DNA of 34,948 bases, from assembly GCF_937976265.1 (NCBI RefSeq), contig NZ_CALJRX010000256.1, forward strand, positions 1 through 34,948. Direction: 5' to 3'. The notes under the pieces are model-generated. The model was not told the origin of the DNA. It saw nothing but the letters and a program-made list of their open reading frames with translations, and ran no database searches. Shown piece by piece: positions 1 through 10,258 of this stretch (position 1 is its first letter; each line of letters begins with the position of its first letter). Both the position numbers and the translations under genes were made by a program. Source of the stretch: an uncultured Haemophilus sp. (GTDB taxonomy: Bacteria > Pseudomonadota > Gammaproteobacteria > Enterobacterales > Pasteurellaceae).

Positions 1-1132
1 GGGTAAAATCTTCTCTCAATCCGATGCCACAAGCCACATCACCCACAACCCAAGAACCAATCATAGGATACATGCCATCAAAATTTGGTAGTTCAAATTT
101 TTGTTGATAGATATAACCTGCCTGATCGTAAAAGGCAGAATGTTCGCTGCCTTTGGCGGCAAATTCTAGACCATTACGTTTTTCATAGTAAGAAACATTG
201 GCGCCCTCACGACCTAACGTCGGTTTTTTCACCCATATTGATTGACGATCGGTAATATCATGTTTACTAAAGTAAGCAGGTAGTAATAATGGGTGATTTG
301 GGTGCTTTTGCCACAATTTCGCTAATAGCACTTTATTGCTTAATAGTAATTTCCACGCTGGTTCAATAAAAGTGGTGGATGAATTAAGCATGTGTGGTGC
401 ATATTCGGTAGTGGTCATCCATTCAAGTGGATAGAGCTTAAATAAGCAATCAATAGGTTGATTATTCAGATCGAGGAATTGCTGACTGTCTTTATCATAG
501 CCCACATCTTCAATAGCGAGCTGATGAATATGCCAACCTGCGTTGTAAGCTACATCCGCCAAGTAATCGATATTGCCCCAATCTTCACGGCCCGCTTCTT
601 GCATAGCACTAAAATGGAAATCGTTTAGCCCTGTTTGCTGTTGAATAAACTGAAAGCGATTGAGCAATTCTTCGTGAATCCAATTAAATTGGTCACGATG
701 CGCTAAGCCTTCAATTTGCTCTAACCATTGCCATTGCACCACCGCCGCTTCAAGCAGGGAAGTGGGCGTGTCGGCATTGTATTCAAACATTTTGAGGTTT
801 TCGCCGTCATAACCAAAATCAAAACGGCCATATAAGTGCGGTACGTTTTTAGCCCAGGATTGTTCAATCAGATTTTTCTGTAAATCGGTGAAGCGATAAT
901 GGGCATAATCACCCTCTTTAATTTCATCGGCAACAAAATCCATACACATTGCGTGTAATTCGTTGGTGGCATCTTCGATACGATCGATTTCTGCCAAGCT
1001 AAATTCATACGCCACATTATCCGACCAATAATGCGAGCCATCAGAGGAAGGCAGATTATAGTAATCAAAGCCCACATCTAATAATTGTTGCACCATATTA
1101 GGGCGAGTAGGAAAACCTGTGATTCGTTTCAT
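1..1132 (-). CDS. ygiC: Glutathionylspermidine synthase-family ATP-grasp ligase (YgiC/YjfC-like); 3' end runs off the window
   Basis: Not in the ORF track because there is no stop in the window. Hand translation from the ATG at 1132 gives MKRITGFPTRPNMVQQLLDVGFDYYNLPSSDGSHYWSDNVAYEFSLAEIDRIEDATNELHAMC, and the window edge reads ...GSWVVGDVACGIGLREDFT, both typical of this family. It follows a YgiB-like gene. Confidence 0.88.
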   Translation of the reverse strand, partial: MKRITGFPTRPNMVQQLLDVGFDYYNLPSSDGSHYWSDNVAYEFSLAEIDRIEDATNELHAMCMDFVADEIKEGDYAHYRFTDLQKNLIEQSWAKNVPHLYGRFDFGYDGENLKMFEYNADTPTSLLEAAVVQWQWLEQIEGLAHRDQFNWIHEELLNRFQFIQQQTGLNDFHFSAMQEAGREDWGNIDYLADVAYNAGWHIHQLAIEDVGYDKDSQQFLDLNNQPIDCLFKLYPLEWMTTTEYAPHMLNSSTTFIEPAWKLLLSNKVLLAKLWQKHPNHPLLLPAYFSKHDITDRQSIWVKKPTLGREGANVSYYEKRNGLEFAAKGSEHSAFYDQAGYIYQQKFELPNFDGMYPMIGSWVVGDVACGIGLREDFT

Positions 1133-1134
1133 AT

Positions 1135-1764
1135 TTAACCGCCTGAACTACGGCTGCTACTTGAGTTTGAGCTTTTAAAGCCACCGCGTGAAACGGGTTT
1201 GCTGTAAGTGCTACCTGCATTGCCTTTAACTAATACAGGCTTACCGACAGAACGATTAGTTTGCGGTTGGATAACTTGACCCGTTGGCGTTGAAACGGCA
1301 CGGTTACTTGGATTGTAGCTTGGACCTAAAAATGTTCCCATCGTGCGCGCGATCATATAACCCATTGCGGCACCTGCAATCGCACTGCCCATACTACCGT
1401 GTCCTTCTCCTGTTGCAGAGCTCGTGTGGCTTGTTCCTTCTGAACCGTTTGAATTGCCAGAGTGAGTTGCACCATCAGGATTTAAGGTTTGTTTGACGGT
1501 TTGATTGTCTTCTGACCATTCACTATTATTGCTTGGACGTGTATTTAAATTGCCCGAGAGAGAAGATCCAGATCCAGCATGTGCAGTTGTGCCGCTATTA
1601 TTTTCACTAGATTGGTCAGCTTCGCATAATTCAATTTTTTGCCAATCGGCTAAACAATCCTCAAGGCTGTTATAAACATCACGTTGAACTTGCTCTTCTG
1701 AGCAGCCGCCCAATAAAGCCACAATAGAAAGACTGACGAGAACTTGATTTTTCTTTTTCATCAT
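1135..1764 (-). CDS. YgiB-like lipoprotein with Gly/Ser-rich low-complexity region
   Basis: Lipobox LLGGC, YxSxxDC motif (VYNSLEDC), glycine-rich hydrophobic segment GAAMGYMI, C-terminal VSRGGF...SSGG tail. Lies directly upstream of the ygiC-like gene. Confidence 0.75.
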   Translation of the reverse strand: MMKKKNQVLVSLSIVALLGGCSEEQVQRDVYNSLEDCLADWQKIELCEADQSSENNSGTTAHAGSGSSLSGNLNTRPSNNSEWSEDNQTVKQTLNPDGATHSGNSNGSEGTSHTSSATGEGHGSMGSAIAGAAMGYMIARTMGTFLGPSYNPSNRAVSTPTGQVIQPQTNRSVGKPVLVKGNAGSTYSKPVSRGGFKSSNSSSSRSSGG

Positions 1765-1768
1765 AGGG

Positions 1769-2476
1769 TTAAAGTGTTAATAATTCAGTTAAATGATTGA
1801 TTTCTAATGTAGGCAAAACACTTGCTTCAGTAAATGAATTGAGATCTTTGCCCGATAAATTAATCCATACAGCTTGGCAGCCGGCTTGAATGGCGCCTTG
1901 AACATCCGTGGTTAAGTTATCACCAATATGTAAAATTTCACTCGGTTTTACGCCAAAATAATGGGCGGTTTGGTGGAACAAATCTTGATGAGGTTTCGCT
2001 CTGCCTTGCTTTCCACCTCTTAAACTCAGCTGAAAGTGTTCAAACCCAATACGTGTAGCAATCACATTACCATTGGTAATCACGCTTAGCAGGTAGCGAT
2101 CTTTAAGTTGGTTTAATACTTCAATGCTTTCAGCTGGCACATCAATTTTATGTCGCCATTCAATAAATTCTTCCATAGCGATGGCCAAAGTGCGGTCAAT
2201 TTCAACCGCACTTTTACTATGATGCACCAGTAAGTGTCGTAACGTTTCGACACGCCAGGCGATCACATCTTCAGCAATCAAGGGATTTTTCTCCGCCAGT
2301 TGCCATTTCCATTTTCGCCAATATTCTGAGGTAAGCTCACTCAGTTGCGCGTGTTCTTGCACACATTGAAGAAAGCGTTCTTCGGCCAAACGAATGACAT
2401 CACTGTTATCGTAAAGGGTGTCATCAAGATCAAAACTCATGACCTTGAAAGGCTGAAGACCGCGGTAAAATCGCAT
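1769..2476 (-). CDS. yigB: HAD-family hydrolase, YigB-like phosphatase
   Basis: N-terminus MRFYR...SFDLDDTLYDN, plus ITNGN, KP and LHIGDNLTTDVQGA HAD motifs. Confidence 0.85.
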   Translation of the reverse strand: MRFYRGLQPFKVMSFDLDDTLYDNSDVIRLAEERFLQCVQEHAQLSELTSEYWRKWKWQLAEKNPLIAEDVIAWRVETLRHLLVHHSKSAVEIDRTLAIAMEEFIEWRHKIDVPAESIEVLNQLKDRYLLSVITNGNVIATRIGFEHFQLSLRGGKQGRAKPHQDLFHQTAHYFGVKPSEILHIGDNLTTDVQGAIQAGCQAVWINLSGKDLNSFTEASVLPTLEINHLTELLTL

Positions 2477-2484
2477 AGTTAATC

Positions 2485-2904
2485 CTATTTAATGGTATTG
2501 ACACCAAGCCATGCGGTCGCACGTTCATTGGTGATTTCTTCGTGTGTCCACATGCTCATTAAGTCAGGCTGAGGATGTTTGTTAGTGTTATAGCCGATCA
2601 AATGGGCAAAATCAAATACGGCATGCGGATAGCCGTTAATAAGTAATAAGGCTAAATAACCACTTTCATCCCAGCAGATTTCTAATTTACGTGCTTCATG
2701 GTGATTGCGAGTATTATCGACGTTATAAACATGTAAGCAATCGACAACAGGCTGCGCATTTTGACGCATATCTAACGCATAAAAATAGCCCGTTTCACCG
2801 TCATCTTCAAACATTACCGCCAGGTGATCATGTACAGTTGAGTGTGTGCCGACTTGTTTTGGTTGACCGAGAAAGAGTTGATCTTCGAGGGTTAAATGTA
2901 ACAT
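2485..2904 (-). CDS. DUF2251-like conserved hypothetical protein
   Basis: Start moved to the ATG at 2904 (MLHLTLED), which follows an AAGGAAAG RBS. Motifs VMFEDDGETGYFYALD and LLINGYPHAVFDF. Confidence 0.75.
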   Translation of the reverse strand: MLHLTLEDQLFLGQPKQVGTHSTVHDHLAVMFEDDGETGYFYALDMRQNAQPVVDCLHVYNVDNTRNHHEARKLEICWDESGYLALLLINGYPHAVFDFAHLIGYNTNKHPQPDLMSMWTHEEITNERATAWLGVNTIK

Positions 2905-2929
2905 TTTCTTTCCTTTAAATATTAGATAG

Positions 2930-2961
2930 AAAAACACCGCACTTTTATGCAAAGTGCGGTG
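2930..2961 (-). terminator. eno terminator formed by an inverted USS pair
   Basis: CACCGCACTTT-TATGC-AAAGTGCGGTG hairpin, with an A-run at 2930-2934 that gives a U-tract on the minus strand. Just downstream of the eno stop. Confidence 0.8.
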
Positions 2962-2987
2962 CTATTTTACATTAAATTAAGCAAAAA

Positions 2988-4313
<1,326 letters not shown>

Positions 4314-4584
4314 TTAAAGTTAATTAAAATTAGTTAGGCGAACCTAAAACGGGGATATAATAAAGCAAATTTAGAAATTTGTCTTGGAAAAATGACCGCA
4401 CTTTGATCTGTATCTTGTTTTTCAATAAAGTGCGGTGAGATTTTGTCTTTTTTTGCGAACTATTTCTTTTATTTCAGTGGAATTGCCTTCAAAAGTTGGT
4501 TACAGTTGCGCGAAATTTTGTATTATTTTACGGCGAATTATTTATTCTTAATTGAGACTTTGTTGCATCGGAAAAGGAATCATT

Positions 4585-6351
4585 ATGTCTCTTTCGACTT
4601 TTTTTCAGCAAACTAAAACACAAATAAAATCAGCGATATCTACCCATCCAATTGAAATCTTCATGATCGCAGCGTTTGCTCTTGGAATTTGGTTTGTGGA
4701 TATGAATTCAGAAAATGATCATTTGGCTTATTGGGTATTTAAGCCAATGCTCTTTATCTTTATTTATCTCTCTCGACCATATTCTTGGTATCGTTTTTCA
4801 TGGATTGTGCCATTGGTGGCGCTGGCCATAATAGGCATGACTAATGATAGTGCAGAGTTTTATCTATCGAGCCCAAAATTTTGGGGCGCAAGTTTTATTG
4901 CGTTACTGGTGTTATTAGGCTTCCCATTTGAAAAAAATAATCAAGTATTTACCTACCGTAATTTTACCAATCTATTCCATCTTGGCTTAGCGACGGCGGT
5001 ATGGTTGTTGGTGTTTGGATTAGTAGCGGCTATTCTATTTACGATTACAACACTCTTTAATGTCGAGTTTTCTGATAGTTTCTACCAGCATTTTTATACT
5101 TCTTTAGGCATTTTTACTTTGCCACTCTTTTTCTTAGTGTTCCAACAGCGTCAAGCAAAATCGGAAATGACGTTAAGTCGTATTTTTGACATTTTGGTTA
5201 ATTTTGTATTAGCACCGGCATTGATGATTTTCACTGTGTTGCTTTATGCTTATGTTGTTCAAATTATTTTTGAAGGCGTATTACCAAAAGGCATGCTGGC
5301 TAATATTACCTTGCCTTACCTGCTTGCAGGTTTAGGCGTATATGCATTACGTTCTATTTGTGCTAAAGCCCGCTGGGAAACTTTCTTTAAGTTCTATCCA
5401 TATCTTGCTATTGTGCCAATCGTGTTGTTATGGTTGGCGATTGATCGCCGTATTAGTGCCTATGCTTGGACTGAACCACGAATTTATTTAGTGGCCTTGG
5501 CTACGGCGATTACGATTGCTTATGCGATCCTGATTGTGCCAAAAGCACGTCAATACCGGCTGATTTCTGGGGTTGTAATGGTGGCTATTTTTGCCATGAC
5601 TTGGGTAGTGAACCCACAAGAAATCGCTTACCAAAGCCAAACGGAACGTTTTGAGCATTTACTCACAAAGCTTAATTTATCTGATGGACAAGGAAAAATT
5701 CGTGATGATGTAGATTTTGTAGAGCGCTTAGAGAATATGCCGAAGAGTGAGATTAAAGATTGGGAAGAATTAGATGATGTAACATTTTATATGGTTCGTC
5801 ATATAGCGCTAGACTCTTATGTAGAAGATCCTTATAAAGAAAGACACGAGATATTTAAGCAGAGATATGGTAAAAAATCCGAAGAACTTGTTACATTAAA
5901 TATTTATGGTGATCATATCAGCATCAATGACCAAGTAATTAGCGACCGAAAAACAACAATAGAATTTCTATGGGAGTCAATTGATGTCACGCCGTATAAA
6001 AAATGGATTCGTGTACCGAGACCTGGATTTTATCGTACAGAGGTTCAGACTTATATGAAATCTGATGAAAAAGCGGATAAGCACGAAGAGAAGCCAGAGG
6101 TTTGCTTTGTTGAAGATCATGACAGATATTGTACGAATATGGATGAACATATTCACAAAGTATTCAAAGAACATCAGCTAGACCCGATGAAAAAAATCTC
6201 TAAAGCTGAGCTTAAATCGCTTAACCAAGATTTATTAAAAATTGATAGACCAAGCTTTACGATTTATTTGAGTGAGCTTGATATGGAATTTAGACCAGAA
6301 AGCGGTTATTACTATAGTCGAATATATACGAAAGCTATTTTTGATAAGTAA
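4585..6351 (+). CDS. Polytopic inner-membrane protein, DUF4153-like, with a soluble C-terminal domain
   Basis: Start likely the ATG at 4585 (AAAGGA RBS). About 11 hydrophobic segments, motifs LYAYVVQI...LPKG and AIDRRISAYAWTEPRIY, then SQ..RFE and a hydrophilic tail. Confidence 0.7.
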   Translation: MSLSTFFQQTKTQIKSAISTHPIEIFMIAAFALGIWFVDMNSENDHLAYWVFKPMLFIFIYLSRPYSWYRFSWIVPLVALAIIGMTNDSAEFYLSSPKFWGASFIALLVLLGFPFEKNNQVFTYRNFTNLFHLGLATAVWLLVFGLVAAILFTITTLFNVEFSDSFYQHFYTSLGIFTLPLFFLVFQQRQAKSEMTLSRIFDILVNFVLAPALMIFTVLLYAYVVQIIFEGVLPKGMLANITLPYLLAGLGVYALRSICAKARWETFFKFYPYLAIVPIVLLWLAIDRRISAYAWTEPRIYLVALATAITIAYAILIVPKARQYRLISGVVMVAIFAMTWVVNPQEIAYQSQTERFEHLLTKLNLSDGQGKIRDDVDFVERLENMPKSEIKDWEELDDVTFYMVRHIALDSYVEDPYKERHEIFKQRYGKKSEELVTLNIYGDHISINDQVISDRKTTIEFLWESIDVTPYKKWIRVPRPGFYRTEVQTYMKSDEKADKHEEKPEVCFVEDHDRYCTNMDEHIHKVFKEHQLDPMKKISKAELKSLNQDLLKIDRPSFTIYLSELDMEFRPESGYYYSRIYTKAIFDK

Positions 6352-6361
6352 TCGTAAATAT

Positions 6362-6391
6362 AAAACGCTGTGATGTTTCACAGCGTTTTTT
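6362..6391. terminator. Bidirectional intrinsic terminator between convergent genes
   Basis: AAAACGCTGTGA-TGTT-TCACAGCGTTTT perfect 12-bp stem with A and T tracts on the two sides. Confidence 0.85.
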
Positions 6392-6424
6392 GTAAAAATT
6401 AGCTAAAAATGACCGCTTTAAATA

Positions 6425-7360
6425 TTAAGATATGTGTTTATAGAATACCTTTTTTAAAGCTTGCGTATGTCTGTCTAAAATACTAAACATTATCTCTCGA
6501 TCTTCTCCGAATCTCGAATCTCCATTATTGGAACGAACTTTGTCATAAGCCGAAAAGGCGATTTCAAACTCTTCAGTGCGTAATTTAATGGTTTTGCCGT
6601 GCAGTATAAGACTTAATAGGCTGACTTCTTTAGGTGTTAATTCTGGAAATAAATGACTTATCCATAGCTCCATAGAGTATTGAACAGACTCGCTAATTTT
6701 GTCATGTATTTTACTCGCTTGGCCTTGATGTATCCGATAAAACAATAATGGCTCTGGTAAATTCGCAAATGTCTTTTTGTGTAATGCGCATTGTACCCAC
6801 ATATGAAAATCGGGTGCAGTGGCTGTTTGTGCATAATTGATCCCGAGCGCCTTGATACTAGAATGTCGCCACATCGTAGAGGGATTAATGATATTGTCGC
6901 GAGCTAAAGAAAAATATGCTTTTATATCTTTATCTAAAAGAGGAAGTGTACTTACTTTAGACATTTTATCTGTTTGCCCATCATTAAAGAGCAGTGCATT
7001 ACTTCCTAAAATATCAATTTTGGGATGCTCGTCTAAATATTGAACTTGTTTTTCAAAACGATGTGTTACACAAATATCATCGGCATCCATACGCGCAACA
7101 TATTCAATATTCATATAGTTAAGCATATCCATGGCAAATTGCATTACAGCAGGTTCACCTTGGTTTTGTGGTAAATGGTAAACACGTAAGCGAGCATCTT
7201 TTGCTGCATAAGTTTCGAGAATCTTGCCTGTGTTATCGGTAGATGCATCATTAACCGCAAGAATACAAAAATCACTAAAGGTTTGATTCAATAATGAATC
7301 TAAACATTCAGTGATAAAATTTTCTGCATTGTATGCGGGTAAAATAACAGCAAGTTTCAT
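6425..7360 (-). CDS. Glycosyltransferase family 2 (likely LOS or surface-glycan modification)
   Basis: VILPAYNAE, LNQTFSDF, VNDASTD, ARMDADD (DxD motif), LLFYRIH. Confidence 0.9.
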   Translation of the reverse strand: MKLAVILPAYNAENFITECLDSLLNQTFSDFCILAVNDASTDNTGKILETYAAKDARLRVYHLPQNQGEPAVMQFAMDMLNYMNIEYVARMDADDICVTHRFEKQVQYLDEHPKIDILGSNALLFNDGQTDKMSKVSTLPLLDKDIKAYFSLARDNIINPSTMWRHSSIKALGINYAQTATAPDFHMWVQCALHKKTFANLPEPLLFYRIHQGQASKIHDKISESVQYSMELWISHLFPELTPKEVSLLSLILHGKTIKLRTEEFEIAFSAYDKVRSNNGDSRFGEDREIMFSILDRHTQALKKVFYKHIS

Positions 7361-7582
7361 TTTTTCATTTCCGTGTAGATAAAAGCGTATTCTATTTAAA
7401 TTACGACCTCAGCGATAGTCAGAAGTTTAACTTTGTTAGTTATCTAGAATATATAGATCGGGGCTTTAATTACTTTTCACTCACATTACAAATTCCACTA
7501 TTTAATCACTGAGATATTTTGCAAAAATGCAACAAAAACTGACCGCTCTTTATTGCCGCTAGGCAGTTTTCTTATCTAAAAT

Positions 7583-9136
7583 TTAATGGTTGATAGGTAA
7601 ATCTAATATATCTGTAATTTCTATTATGCGAGGCACTGCTGATTTTGGACAAACTAAGCAATAGAAATTATCAGAACCGCTATCCACATAAAGCAAAGTA
7701 TAATCACTTTTTGCTTCTACTTTAGCCTTAATACGTGCAAAGTCATGCTTTGCTTCTTCAAAAGTGATTTCGAAAGTTTGTTCAAGAGACTCAGAAAGAA
7801 AATGATTGAGAGAGTCATAATCAATCTTCCAGTCATCTTGGTAGCAATGTAGATAACTTCTGATAAGGCTCAATTTAGCATATTCTTCATCGAAATCTTC
7901 GTCCTCATAGATATCACCAAATGCGATCATTTTCTCTCGACATTTTTCAAGGTCTTTATTTAGCCATTTATAGAGACTTTTAACTTGCTTAATGTATTTT
8001 GCTTTGATGTATTTTTTCGTTTCAAGCAACATAAGTAACTCATCAAATAAGGTATCTTGATTGATTTCAGTTTCACGTCTGTCAATGCTATCGCAAATCA
8101 AATCAACGGCTTGTTTTAACAAATCAAACTTGTAATGTTGTTCATCGAGCGGTTTTGCATAATAAATCGCTGCCATTAAATTAAAAATAAAAAGCTTATC
8201 AGCATGTTGTAATGAATATGCGGCATCGCAAATAGGTTGCCCAGCAAATAACTCAATTCTTTGAGGAAGTTCAAATTCAATAATATGTTCATATTCCTTA
8301 TGCGGTTTTATGCCAAACCCAATATTTAAAAAAGAATAGCCAGAACCATTAAAAAATTCTTCTCGAGAAGCAGGTACGAATCCCATTGGGTTACAGAATT
8401 GGCTTTGTAAATCATACATATCGCCGTCAAAATCTAATTCCTTAAATTTTTCTTTGGAATAATCATCCCAATTGTCGGAATAGTAAAATTGATAGGCATG
8501 GATAGGCGTTTCAAAGAGGGGGTTTTTGACGTCGATACATCCATCTTGTTGCGTTTGAAGATAACGTTCAATTTTTGCGAGTTTTTGATCTAATAGAGAG
8601 AAATCTTCAGGCTTTTCAATCGCATTAAACACGGCATCAACTGAATGTAAAAATTTCTCATAATGCGGACTCTTTTGATTAAATGGCTTGGCAAGCACCA
8701 TATCCTGACAAAGTTTTTTCGCTTCATCTGTTACGGCGAAAACGAAGCTATCCTGAGCGGGAAAAATAAAAACTCTAAAAAGTGAGCTATCTGTTGGGTT
8801 TAATTTAAAATCAATAGAAAGAAATAATTGAACCCAATTTTCCTCTTCAAATTCAATGCGCGTAATACAAGGCAGTTTCATTGTTTTTGTTAGGAGCAAC
8901 TCTAGAGGTTGGTATAAATCAGATAACCCCGTATTTTCTAGAAATTCAGATTCATCTAAATTGGCTTTACCATAATGCCAATAGGTTGCGATTGCCATTG
9001 GCGCAACCTTGTGATTTCGGGCAAACAACCTCTCAGATGCTTCTTCTTTCGCCTTAAAATATTGAAAGATTTTGTCCAGTTTGGTGATTAATTTGTTGTC
9101 TAATTTATCAGCGTGTTGTTTAGATTTAAAAAACAT
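7583..9136 (-). CDS. Hypothetical acidic cytoplasmic protein; C-terminus resembles DUF6630-type domains
   Basis: 517-aa open ORF with no signal peptide or TM segment. C-terminal DDWK...YTLLYVDSGSDNFYCLV motif. The domain name is from memory and unverified. Confidence 0.6.
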   Translation of the reverse strand: MFFKSKQHADKLDNKLITKLDKIFQYFKAKEEASERLFARNHKVAPMAIATYWHYGKANLDESEFLENTGLSDLYQPLELLLTKTMKLPCITRIEFEEENWVQLFLSIDFKLNPTDSSLFRVFIFPAQDSFVFAVTDEAKKLCQDMVLAKPFNQKSPHYEKFLHSVDAVFNAIEKPEDFSLLDQKLAKIERYLQTQQDGCIDVKNPLFETPIHAYQFYYSDNWDDYSKEKFKELDFDGDMYDLQSQFCNPMGFVPASREEFFNGSGYSFLNIGFGIKPHKEYEHIIEFELPQRIELFAGQPICDAAYSLQHADKLFIFNLMAAIYYAKPLDEQHYKFDLLKQAVDLICDSIDRRETEINQDTLFDELLMLLETKKYIKAKYIKQVKSLYKWLNKDLEKCREKMIAFGDIYEDEDFDEEYAKLSLIRSYLHCYQDDWKIDYDSLNHFLSESLEQTFEITFEEAKHDFARIKAKVEAKSDYTLLYVDSGSDNFYCLVCPKSAVPRIIEITDILDLPINH

Positions 9137-9162
9137 AATAAAAATGCTCAGTTTAAAAGAGA

Positions 9163-10002
9163 TTACTCGTAATATTCATATTTCTTGGTGGTTTTATCTA
9201 ACCATATACCTTTTTCATCATACATAATGCTTTCAATCACATTACCGTGTTGATCAAATTTATGACGCGTTGTGAGCGTTTCTTCTAATTTCCCATGTTG
9301 ATCAAAAATTTGGCGTTTTAATTCATTGTAATTTTTGTCATAAGTAAAATCTGCTCGTCCCTCATTAAAAGACGTGTTATGTACAAAGTCGCCATTTTCG
9401 AGATAACGATAAGTTTCGCAATTACTTTCTTTTCCATTGTCATCAAAGTCACAAGCTTTGATGAGTTTACCGTCCTTGTAATGGAATTTTTTCGCATGGC
9501 CGTCAATAAGTTTTGCATAATAAACAGCTTCAGAGATGAGTTTGCCATCTTTGTCGTAAACTCTTTTGATGTAATCTTCTTGAAAATTCGGTTTTTTCGG
9601 CTTTTTGCCTACATAAGTGATTTCTAAAATGACACCCGAACCATCGCTGTTTTCTTGATAGTGGTAGAGTCTTCCATGAGTCTCTTTATAGATATCAGAA
9701 CGAATTTCTTCTAATCGATTGTTTTGATCATATCGATAATTCGCCGTCGTTTTATCGAAATGTTCAGACTCGCCAGTAACATCTTCAGTCTTAATTAAAA
9801 AACCTTGCTCGTTATAAAATTGACGAACATCGTTCGTGACCACTTCTCCTTCTGCCACTTCAGGATTATATTCCGAATGTGAAATAACAGATTTCACTTT
9901 GCCTTGTAAGTGATTCGCTTGCCAATCGGTTTGAACTGGGAAAAGTGCGAAAGCAGAGGTAGAAAGGCTAGCGAGAAGGGCTGTCAGTAAAAATTTATGC
10001 AT
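9163..10002 (-). CDS. Secreted protein with YD/RHS-like beta-hairpin repeats
   Basis: Sec signal peptide MHKFLLTALLASLSTSAFA and AAGGA RBS. Repeats YNEQGFL, YDQNNRL, YDKDGKL, FDDNGK, FDQHGKL, FDQHGNV, YDEKG. Confidence 0.75.
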   Translation of the reverse strand: MHKFLLTALLASLSTSAFALFPVQTDWQANHLQGKVKSVISHSEYNPEVAEGEVVTNDVRQFYNEQGFLIKTEDVTGESEHFDKTTANYRYDQNNRLEEIRSDIYKETHGRLYHYQENSDGSGVILEITYVGKKPKKPNFQEDYIKRVYDKDGKLISEAVYYAKLIDGHAKKFHYKDGKLIKACDFDDNGKESNCETYRYLENGDFVHNTSFNEGRADFTYDKNYNELKRQIFDQHGKLEETLTTRHKFDQHGNVIESIMYDEKGIWLDKTTKKYEYYE

Positions 10003-10258
10003 GATTATTCCTTTTATAACAAGCAGTTGAATTGACGAATGTTTTATAAATATATTTAAAAGTAACCGCTTATTTAAGTTAGATAAATAGTTGACTAAAA
10101 TGTTATACTAATTCGAATATTTTTTGAAGTGTAGTTAAATAAATTTGCTTTTTTATAGGGAAGAAAATGATGAAAGTATTCCGGAAAGTAGTCATTTTCT
10201 GTATTGATAAGAAAAGCATAATATACAAATACATTGATTAAGAGAGATATTAGGAAAT

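Noticed and set aside
868..1077. 69-aa minus-strand ORF from the track
   Set aside because: It lies in an alternative frame inside the real ygiC-like CDS (1132 to window start).
6369..6382. TGTGA-TGTT-TCACA resembling a CRP site
   Set aside because: The spacer is 4 nt rather than 6, and it sits between convergent gene ends as part of a terminator stem.
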